A stretch of DNA of 36,516 nucleotides from an uncultured Clostridia bacterium (GTDB taxonomy: Bacteria > Aerophobota > Aerophobia > Aerophobales > AE-B3A), in the NCBI GenBank assembly GCA_964594375.1, contig CAZQMG010000003.1:1-36516 (forward strand), given 5' to 3'. A program made the position numbers and the translations under genes. Below, one piece after another: positions 25,005 through 32,633 of the stretch. Positions within the stretch are counted from its first letter, which is position 1. Every line of letters starts with the position of its first letter. Under the pieces are notes generated by a model. The model did no database searches, was not told where the DNA came from, and saw only the letters and a list, made by a program, of their open reading frames with translations.

Positions 25005-26030
25005 CTAGAATATCGAATCTGAAACCTTGAGAATCTTTTCAGCCTCTTCCAGAAAAGTCGTCCATTGAATATTATAGTATCGAGGATTTAGAAAATCGGT
25101 GTAATTGCATTTATTTATCATTCTTACCATATTCTTTACCGAATCCTCTACACTTAAGGTAGCATGAAAATCCAACAGGGATTCTATTTTCTCGGTAGAA
25201 ACTCGATAACTACGTATATTTTGTGGAGTATAGTCAACCCCTATCTCTATTTTGATTCCTGTATCCTCCAGGGCCTCCCGCACTCGGTAGGCAAGTTCCG
25301 ATATTCTGTAGTTATTATGGGATATATTAAAAATTTGACTTTTCACTTTATCTTCGGGGGCTTCCAAGCAAATAAGGTAAGCCTTGACAACATCGCTTAT
25401 ATCAATGAGTGGTCTCCACATTTCGCCTCCCCTGAAGATGGTAATTTTCTGCTTAGTTAAAGCATCTTTGACAAAAGTATTCACTACTAAATCGTATCGC
25501 ATTCTATAAGAGAACCCAAAAATAGTGCCTTTTCTTAGGATGACAGGGCAGAAATCATTATCAGCCATCTTTAGAAGAATCCTTTCGGCATCATATTTTG
25601 ATTTAGAGTAAACAGCATTGGGGCTCACTTTTGCCTCTTCATCTTGAACTATATCTTCTCCCCCAAAACCAAGGTCGTATATAGAACAAGAAGAAGCGAA
25701 AATAAATCTTCTTATGCCTCTCTCTTTGGAAATCTTTGCTAGATTTTTGGTAGCTACAACATTCATCTCATAATTTGCCCTGGGATTGTACTCTGCCGTA
25801 GGATCATTTGAAAGTCCCCCTACGTTTATTACAGCATTTATCCCTTCAAGGACAGAAGAATCTATCTTCCTTATATCGCCCTGAATTATCTCAAGGCGGT
25901 CTTCTATATCCTTTATCCCTCTGTCTCCGTAGTAGAACCTGTCTAATACTCTCACTGCATAGTCTTTATCCAAAAGTCCCCTTGCCAACATACTACCTAC
26001 ATATCCAGCTCCTCCCACTAATAAAATCAA
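25005..26030 (-). CDS. NAD-dependent nucleotide-sugar epimerase/dehydratase (extended SDR)
   Basis: 341 aa: ILLVGGAGYVGS, ASSCSIYD, catalytic YSKSKYDAE. TTG start behind AGGAGG-7 nt. Confidence 0.75.
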   Translation of the reverse strand: MILLVGGAGYVGSMLARGLLDKDYAVRVLDRFYYGDRGIKDIEDRLEIIQGDIRKIDSSVLEGINAVINVGGLSNDPTAEYNPRANYEMNVVATKNLAKISKERGIRRFIFASSCSIYDLGFGGEDIVQDEEAKVSPNAVYSKSKYDAERILLKMADNDFCPVILRKGTIFGFSYRMRYDLVVNTFVKDALTKQKITIFRGGEMWRPLIDISDVVKAYLICLEAPEDKVKSQIFNISHNNYRISELAYRVREALEDTGIKIEIGVDYTPQNIRSYRVSTEKIESLLDFHATLSVEDSVKNMVRMINKCNYTDFLNPRYYNIQWTTFLEEAEKILKVSDSIF

Positions 26031-26081
26031 TTTATATCCTCCTCATATTGCCATTTAGCCAAATATTAATTAGCTTGAAAG

Positions 26082-26531
26082 CTATCTTCCCCTAACTTCC
26101 CACTCAACTCCAAACGAATTCGGCGAAACTCTTACTTCATCAGGATTATCTCGATTATATACCTCACTAGCAGTGCTAACCATCTGGGTATCGTCCTCTA
26201 AGGACATCCATCCATGATAAACCCCGGGGGGGACTACTAAAAGAGAAAGATTTCTGGAGCTCAATACAAAGGTATTCATCTCTTCATAGGTAGGACTATC
26301 TGACCTGTCGTCTCTAAGGATGAACTTAGCTGCTCCGTGACTAATAAAAAACCAATCCCATAATACTCTGTGTTTATGAAAAGCTCTAATCACTCCTCCT
26401 GCAAAATTTCCCACCAAATATACCTGACCAAATTTGGTAAAATGACTGTCATCGGCTCTTATTATTTCAATAAGATAGCCTCGATCATCAACATGGGCAA
26501 TTAATTCTGCTAGTTTTACATCTTTAATCAT
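26082..26531 (-). CDS. RmlC-like cupin (dTDP-4-dehydrorhamnose 3,5-epimerase family)
   Basis: DDRGYLIEI, GQVYLV..GGVIRAFHKH, SDSPTYEE, VPPGVYHGW. The start was moved to ATG 26531 (MIKDVKL...); the ORF-track extension to 26609 would overlap the radical SAM gene by 38 nt. Confidence 0.7.
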   Translation of the reverse strand: MIKDVKLAELIAHVDDRGYLIEIIRADDSHFTKFGQVYLVGNFAGGVIRAFHKHRVLWDWFFISHGAAKFILRDDRSDSPTYEEMNTFVLSSRNLSLLVVPPGVYHGWMSLEDDTQMVSTASEVYNRDNPDEVRVSPNSFGVEWEVRGR

Positions 26532-26571
26532 CCGCACCCCATCCTTTCCCTTTTTGAGATAGAAGAACTTC

Positions 26572-27591
26572 TCACCTAAAAACTCTCCTAACGATTTTAT
26601 TGTATCCAATTACATTATCTTTCAAAAACCTCCCTAACTCAGTTATGGGCATTCCCAATAGTTTTTTCCTTCCTGGCCTATCACACCTATCACAGGGTAC
26701 AACGTTCTTATATTGTTGTCCACTCAAGTTTTCCCGAAGCAGAATTTCCTTAGGTCCATCCCAAATCTTTAGTAAAGAAGAGTCTTTTACATTCCCCAGG
26801 ATTAACTTACCATGGAAATCCTGAGGGCAAGGCAAAACACTTCCATCCCAGAATATAGTCAAAGAATACCAGGGAAAAGTGCAACGAATAGAGCCTTTAT
26901 TGGAATTAAACTCTTTTATATCATATCCACCGGCCCAGTTATGAGGTTTTCTTACTACAAACCGCTCAAGAGGAAGAGAGTTAAATCTTTTTTTAAATTC
27001 TTTCTTTGCTACTTTTTCCATATTGCCAGATGAGGAGTCTGAGAACTCAATGACAGTAAAGGTTGTATAAGGCGAACTATTGCCCAGTTCTTTTTTGATA
27101 GATAGAAAACCAAGAATATTATTCAGAGTCTTATCAAAATTAGCTCCAATTCTTATGTCCTCATAGACTTTTTTCTCATATCCATCAAAAGAAAAGGATA
27201 AAAAGTCTAAACCTGAGTCTAATATTTGGCGACTCCTCTCCTCATTCAGTAAAGTGGCATTAGTATTTAATCTTGTATAAAGTCCCTTCTCCTTAGCATA
27301 TTTTATCATTCTAAATATCTCTGGATGCAATAGGGACTCTCCTCTGTGGAATAGATTTATGTCATGGGCAAACAGGGAAGCCTCATCAATTATTTTTTTG
27401 AATATATTGAAATCCATAAAACCTCTTTCGCTTTTGGCAAGGTTCTTGTTAAGACACATAACACATCTTAAATTGCAGTGACTGGTAGGTTCAACCCACA
27501 GACGAATTGGGGCAGGGATATTTCTGCTTCTTTTTGCGTTATAACTCCCGTACAGACCAAATAATCTTCTCAATTGAGCGATTTTTTTCAA
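26572..27591 (-). CDS. radical SAM enzyme with a C-terminal SPASM/twitch-like Cys-rich domain
   Basis: EPTSHCNLRCVMC (CxxxCxxC). The C-terminal region is CTFPWYSLTIFWDGSVLPCPQD...VVPCDRCDR. The TTG start overlaps the GT4 stop (TTGA). Confidence 0.75.
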   Translation of the reverse strand: MKKIAQLRRLFGLYGSYNAKRSRNIPAPIRLWVEPTSHCNLRCVMCLNKNLAKSERGFMDFNIFKKIIDEASLFAHDINLFHRGESLLHPEIFRMIKYAKEKGLYTRLNTNATLLNEERSRQILDSGLDFLSFSFDGYEKKVYEDIRIGANFDKTLNNILGFLSIKKELGNSSPYTTFTVIEFSDSSSGNMEKVAKKEFKKRFNSLPLERFVVRKPHNWAGGYDIKEFNSNKGSIRCTFPWYSLTIFWDGSVLPCPQDFHGKLILGNVKDSSLLKIWDGPKEILLRENLSGQQYKNVVPCDRCDRPGRKKLLGMPITELGRFLKDNVIGYNKIVRRVFR

Positions 27592-28775
27592 CCCTTGCCT
27601 CTTACCAAAAGCTCTTCATAGATTTTTATTATTCTTTCACCCATGCTTCTCCATGAATACTTCCTGCTCACTCTTTCCCTCAATTTCCTCCCTAAGCTTC
27701 CTCTTAATTCCTTCTGTGAAAGTAAACCCTCTATTTTTTCCGCAAAGGAAGCCGGGTCTCCCAGCTTAGCATATATACCCCAATCACCTAGAATTTCTCT
27801 ATTAACTCTGGTATCAAAAACCACAACTGGCAGCTCGGCAGCCATATAATACAAGAGCTTTCCGTTCCATTCTGTTGTGGAAAGTTTTGGAGAAACTGCA
27901 ATATCTGCCAGGGAAAGGTATTTGATGGTCTCCTCATAATTCACCCGCCCCGTAAAAGTTACAAAATCTTCTATTCCTCTTTCCTTAGCTATGTCTTTGT
28001 ATTTGTCTATATCCGGATATCCCAGTATTAAAAAATGAACTTTTTTGTTCTTTTTAAGCAACAGGGGGATTGCTTCTAAAAGACTATTTATGCCCTGGTA
28101 TCTATTCAAGAGGCCTTGATATATTATAATTTCTTCACCGTCGTCCGGAAGAGAAAGTTCTCTTTTTCTCTTTGATTTATCATAGCAGTCAGGTTTAAAT
28201 CCTTCTGTATCTATTCCATCCTCTACTATATGGAACTTGCTCCTGGAAACTGCAAACTCTTTTTCTAATAGTTTAACTGAATCCAGCGAACTAATTATGA
28301 TCGCATCTGCTGAGTTATTAATAAATTTTTCCATTCTTTTAAAAAGATAAAAAAAAGCGTTCTTCTTTTTCAGAAAACCGTGCTCCACAATTTCTCCAGT
28401 CAGACTTCCCTGAAAATCAAAAACCAGCGGAATACTCTCAAGTTTTGCAACAATATTACCTAAGAAAGCCCCTTCATGAAGATGAGCATGGACTATATCT
28501 GGTTTTTCATATATACCGTCCCCTAATAGCTTCATCAGAAGAAGGATATCCAGATATAACTTATGATAGGAAGGCCCCGCCTCCAATTTTTTGTACCAGG
28601 GAATATTGATTATTCTCCTGATATCAAGACCAGGAAGATTTCTACCATTATGATACGTGTATATAGTTACCTTATTTCCCATCTCTTGCAATATACGGGC
28701 TTCTCCGTATATGCGAACATGGCACCCCCTATCAGCAAAGAACGGAGTGGGAGCAATCATAAGAACTTTATACAT
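27588..28775 (-). CDS. GT4 (GT-B fold) glycosyltransferase
   Basis: MYKVLMIAPTPFFADRGCHVRIYGE... and the C-terminal donor-binding half (VSPKLSTTEWNGKLLYYMAAELPVVVFD). The start was moved to ATG 28775; the ORF track adds 26 unlikely codons. Confidence 0.75.
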   Translation of the reverse strand: MYKVLMIAPTPFFADRGCHVRIYGEARILQEMGNKVTIYTYHNGRNLPGLDIRRIINIPWYKKLEAGPSYHKLYLDILLLMKLLGDGIYEKPDIVHAHLHEGAFLGNIVAKLESIPLVFDFQGSLTGEIVEHGFLKKKNAFFYLFKRMEKFINNSADAIIISSLDSVKLLEKEFAVSRSKFHIVEDGIDTEGFKPDCYDKSKRKRELSLPDDGEEIIIYQGLLNRYQGINSLLEAIPLLLKKNKKVHFLILGYPDIDKYKDIAKERGIEDFVTFTGRVNYEETIKYLSLADIAVSPKLSTTEWNGKLLYYMAAELPVVVFDTRVNREILGDWGIYAKLGDPASFAEKIEGLLSQKELRGSLGRKLRERVSRKYSWRSMGERIIKIYEELLVRGKG

Positions 28776-28885
28776 CAAATCACTCTTCCTATAAGATAGT
28801 AGTATAGCGGTTCCCGAAAGACCTCGCACCTGGCCAGGATGAAAAAAGTGCAAAGAACGAATAGAGCATTCAGTTGTAGCACGCG

Positions 28886-29821
28886 CTAAAACCGCTCAGC
28901 TAAGAGCTTTCTGTCAAGGATAAAACAACTTGACTTTCTCCAAGAAGCATCTTTATCTAAGAATCGGAGGTTGCCACTGTGAAGATCCATTTCTTGATTT
29001 CTGTTCGCCCAAATTATCTTCCGACATAAAACAATGATGTGGTGTGGTGCGTGGGTGGTTACAAATAGTATTTTTAGACCCAGGTGATCTATCATGGAGA
29101 TAACCAATCCCGTGGTAAAAACGTGATGGTGCAGACACCGATTATTGAAATTGTCTCTCGATCTGGTAACAAAATTCTCAAAGGTTCCTGCTTGCGGATC
29201 CATTGATAAGTCATGTAGCTTAAGTATCTCTGTCAGATGACTTAAATCATGCTCGTCTACTTCATTTTCATAATCTTGTATCAAGTGACTCAGCTTTGTT
29301 ACCGGTCTATTACGGTCAAAAGTACCTTGCTTGTGTGGTACAACGAGTAGCAACACACCTTCATCTTTCAATACTCTCTTCCATTCGAAAAGGGCGCCAA
29401 GAGGATTAGCAACATGTTCAAGAGTGTGAGAAGAAATAACACAATCATAAATTCCATTCTTGATACCTTTCAAATCTGTGGCTTCACGTATGAATTGACG
29501 ACCTAACCTATTTCTTGCATACTTGAATGTTAATCCCTCGCTTATCTTGTGTTCCCAAACAGTCTTGGTGGAGAAATTACAGCTATCAATAGTTTTCGCT
29601 TCCCTATATATCGGCAATATCGATTTTGGTTGAAAAATTAAGCTGTGGCCGCCTATTTCTAAGCAATTTTTCCCATGAAAACAGGCTTTAATTTTAACAA
29701 AACTAGAGATAGGTTTCTCACCAACAAGACGATTGATGACCGTCTGTAAAATGGCGAAAAATCCTCTACTTCTTATCACCTGAAGAGTCGTTAAAACCGC
29801 TTGTTTCCTAAATATTTTCAT
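28886..29821 (-). CDS. class I SAM-dependent methyltransferase
   Basis: 311 aa: CLEIGG, YDCVISSHTLEHVANP, LKDEGVLLLVVP. The ATG shares one nt with the upstream stop (TAATG). Confidence 0.7.
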   Translation of the reverse strand: MKIFRKQAVLTTLQVIRSRGFFAILQTVINRLVGEKPISSFVKIKACFHGKNCLEIGGHSLIFQPKSILPIYREAKTIDSCNFSTKTVWEHKISEGLTFKYARNRLGRQFIREATDLKGIKNGIYDCVISSHTLEHVANPLGALFEWKRVLKDEGVLLLVVPHKQGTFDRNRPVTKLSHLIQDYENEVDEHDLSHLTEILKLHDLSMDPQAGTFENFVTRSRDNFNNRCLHHHVFTTGLVISMIDHLGLKILFVTTHAPHHIIVLCRKIIWANRNQEMDLHSGNLRFLDKDASWRKSSCFILDRKLLAERF

Positions 29822-30159
29822 TATTTACTAAGATTTAAAATGACAATTCCGGAAACAATTAAGATTGAGCCCACTACCAGATTAATCACCTTTACTTTCT
29901 CACCCAGTAAGAAATATGCTCCAGCCATCACCAAAACATATGTCAGAAGGGCAAACGGATAGACAAAGCTCAATTTTAGCCTGGTAAGAGATATAATCCA
30001 GCAAAGAGCACTAAAAAAATAACAGAACAATCCAATCCAAATATAATGGTTCTTAAGAAGAGCTAGAATATTAGTATCTACAACAGCTCCCTTTTTTAAG
30101 AGAATCTGTCCCCCAGCAGCCAATAAGACCGCAATTAAGATTAAGAGATAACTATTCAT
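29821..30159 (-). CDS. small 4-TM DMT/SMR-like protein, ArnE/ArnF-like lipid-linked sugar flippase subunit
   Basis: 112 aa with 4 hydrophobic helices: LLILIAVLLAAGGQILLKKGA. It sits directly after the ArnC-like and ArnT-like genes. Confidence 0.65.
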   Translation of the reverse strand: MNSYLLILIAVLLAAGGQILLKKGAVVDTNILALLKNHYIWIGLFCYFFSALCWIISLTRLKLSFVYPFALLTYVLVMAGAYFLLGEKVKVINLVVGSILIVSGIVILNLSK

Positions 30160-31582
30160 TCCTATTAACTGCCTTTCTCCGCTTTCTTTTTCTTAAAAGA
30201 ATTAGCTGGAAAAGTCCATAAGCAGCAATTAAATCTATATAGGGCATCAGGGGAATTCTGAATCTTGCTGCTCCGTGTTGTCCCACTGTTAAGGCATTAT
30301 ACACTATTATCAACAAAAAGAGGAAAAAGATAGCACTCAGGTTTTTCTCCTTGCTGGTTTTACACAATCCGTATCCAGCAAAAAAATATAGAAAGAGTAG
30401 ATATAACAAAAGAAAAGGTAAGTATAAAAGCAGCTTCCAATTCTGGATGAAGTATCTGCCTAAATCTGCGGAAGCCTCAAAAAAACTTTCAGTCAGAAGA
30501 CTCTTCCCTTTAGCCATTGCTATTGATTCATCTAAGGGTGCTCCAAATATCCTCCCCGGAAGCAAAAAAGTAGGGGTAGCAAATATCTTCAATGCTCCTA
30601 TCAAATGTATTTTAGCGTAGAGACCAGGATCAGCAAGTATTTTCTCTACAGCCAGCTCCTGGTATATTTTAGCTTTTTCGAATGGAGAAGAGACACCCTT
30701 CTCGACAAACATCCTATCCGTCTCTTCTTGCATCTCTTTTCGAATAGCATCGAGATGTTCATACCCTCCTCTCTTATATGCCTCCAGGTAGGCCGCATTA
30801 TAGAATAGAAGGTTACCTCCTTGAGTTATAGAAAGACTCAAGTTGTCATAGACAATATAATTACGGATTGCCCAAGGGCTAACCGCTGCCAAGAAGATAA
30901 GAATAAAGATACAGTAATTAAGTAATGCCTTTATAATCTTCTTTCTGTAGATTACAATGAAAAAAAGTACCATCGCAAAGGCAAAATAGAGAATTACCAG
31001 TCGACAGAGAGCTGATGCTCCCAACAGGATGGCAGAATACACCAAATATTTTCTTTTATCCTCCTTGTGGAATTTAAGGATAAAATAGATACTGGCAAGG
31101 AAAAGGAAGGTAAAAAGCATATCGGTCATTATGAGATTCCCATAAACGGCTGTGGGAAAATCTAGAGCTAAAAGTAGCCCAGCAATAAAACCCACACCTC
31201 TTCGGATAAACACCTCCCCAATGTAATAAACGAGAATACAGGTTAGTGAACTCAAAATAAGTTGAAATATTATAGCTACATTAGGCTTATGCCCGAATAC
31301 AGAGTAAATCCCGGCTAGAAACAAAGGATAAACTGGAGCTCTAAAGGCATCGGTAGGCGTTCTAACCTCGAAAAGTGGAATCCTGTACTCAGGAGGAAAA
31401 TAGAAGGCCGGTTCAGACTGGTAAAACCTATGATTTTCTACCAGGCTCATTGCCATACCATCATACTCATAAGAATCAAGCATAGTAAACATTCTCTCTT
31501 TGTGAGGGGCAACAAAAGGAAAGACTGAGAATCTAATGGCCAGTGCTAAAAATATTATCAACAGAAGCTTCTTATTTATCAT
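30152..31582 (-). CDS. ArnT/PMT-family (PMT_2) GT-C glycosyltransferase
   Basis: 476 aa, polytopic, with first-loop motif MLDSYEYDGMAMSL. Overlaps the upstream GT2 by 11 nt. Confidence 0.7.
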   Translation of the reverse strand: MINKKLLLIIFLALAIRFSVFPFVAPHKERMFTMLDSYEYDGMAMSLVENHRFYQSEPAFYFPPEYRIPLFEVRTPTDAFRAPVYPLFLAGIYSVFGHKPNVAIIFQLILSSLTCILVYYIGEVFIRRGVGFIAGLLLALDFPTAVYGNLIMTDMLFTFLFLASIYFILKFHKEDKRKYLVYSAILLGASALCRLVILYFAFAMVLFFIVIYRKKIIKALLNYCIFILIFLAAVSPWAIRNYIVYDNLSLSITQGGNLLFYNAAYLEAYKRGGYEHLDAIRKEMQEETDRMFVEKGVSSPFEKAKIYQELAVEKILADPGLYAKIHLIGALKIFATPTFLLPGRIFGAPLDESIAMAKGKSLLTESFFEASADLGRYFIQNWKLLLYLPFLLLYLLFLYFFAGYGLCKTSKEKNLSAIFFLFLLIIVYNALTVGQHGAARFRIPLMPYIDLIAAYGLFQLILLRKRKRRKAVNRNE

Positions 31583-32564
31583 ATTTTGGTCTCTCTCGGG
31601 AGTCTAATACTTCTTTGACAAAATAAATAGACTTATTTTGTGATTCATGGTAGGTCCGGGAAATAATCTCACCTAAAAGACCCATACTGATAGACTGTCC
31701 GCCGATAAGTATAAAAAGGATAGACAAGTATAAAAAGGGATTTCCGGTCATATCTACTCCATAGGTAAGCTTCATAATGACTAAGATTATTCCACAAACA
31801 AATCCTGAGAATATGGAAATCAAGCCAAGCTTACCAAATATCTGAATAGGTCTGCTAGCAAAGCTAAGCAAAAATTTAACCGTTAGTAAATCCAGAAAGC
31901 CCCTGTTGATTCGCGAGAAAGCATACTTGGACTTTCCATATTCCCTGGAATGATGTCTCACTTTAACCTCACATATAGAAGCCCCTACCCAACTGGCCAG
32001 AGCCGGAATAAATCTATGCATTTCACCATAAAGCTTAATATCCTTAGCTATCTCTCTTCGATAGGCTTTCAAAGTACAACCGTAATCATGTAATCTTACC
32101 CCGGTGAATAGGGAAATCAACCAATTGGAAATATGGGAAGGCAGCTTTCGGCTTAAGAAAGGGTCCTTTCTTTTCACTCGCCAACCACTCACCACATCAA
32201 AACCTTCCTCTATTTTACTAATCAATTGAGGGATATCTTTTGGATCATTCTGCAGGTCAGCATCTAAGGTAACTATAATCTCGCCTCTTGCATAGTCAAA
32301 GCCAGCTGAAATAGCCGCTGTCTGTCCAAAATTTCGTCGAAAGACAACCACTTCAATCTTCTTATCTCTCTTATGGATTTGATGAAGAAGAGTGGGGGTT
32401 TTATCTGTGCTTCCGTCATCAATAAAAATTATCTCATAATTTTTTCCCAAATTATCTAAAACTTGCTTTAATCTGGCATAAAGCAATTCAATATTATCTT
32501 CTTCGTTAAAAACAGGTACAACTACAGAGATGTCCTCTCTTTTTTCTCTTGAAGTATTATTCAA
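31572..32564 (-). CDS. ArnC/GtrB-like GT2, undecaprenyl-phosphate glycosyltransferase
   Basis: ISVVVPVFNEEDNI, EIIFIDDGSTDKT, RRNFGQTAA, VTLDADLQNDP, and two C-terminal TM helices followed by LLGEIISRTY. TTG start behind GAGGAGAGG. Confidence 0.8.
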   Translation of the reverse strand: MNNTSREKREDISVVVPVFNEEDNIELLYARLKQVLDNLGKNYEIIFIDDGSTDKTPTLLHQIHKRDKKIEVVVFRRNFGQTAAISAGFDYARGEIIVTLDADLQNDPKDIPQLISKIEEGFDVVSGWRVKRKDPFLSRKLPSHISNWLISLFTGVRLHDYGCTLKAYRREIAKDIKLYGEMHRFIPALASWVGASICEVKVRHHSREYGKSKYAFSRINRGFLDLLTVKFLLSFASRPIQIFGKLGLISIFSGFVCGIILVIMKLTYGVDMTGNPFLYLSILFILIGGQSISMGLLGEIISRTYHESQNKSIYFVKEVLDSRERPKYDK

Positions 32565-32633
32565 TACACCTCTCCTCTTATTTCCTCACCCTTAATCTTA
32601 ACTTGGGAATTTCACTTACTCAAAATGACTTTT

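Noticed and set aside
26222-26232. C7G4 tract (coding strand) in the RmlC-like cupin, considered as a phase-variation site
   Set aside because: It encodes the conserved VPPG motif in the middle of the gene, so it looks like a codon-choice coincidence. It is much less convincing than the 5'-proximal G7 at 15280..15286.
26572-27591. SPASM radical SAM as a RiPP (peptide) maturase
   Set aside because: There is no room for a precursor-peptide ORF, because the flanking genes overlap or abut. No protease, transporter or RiPP-recognition partner is present either. The sugar-pathway context fits better.
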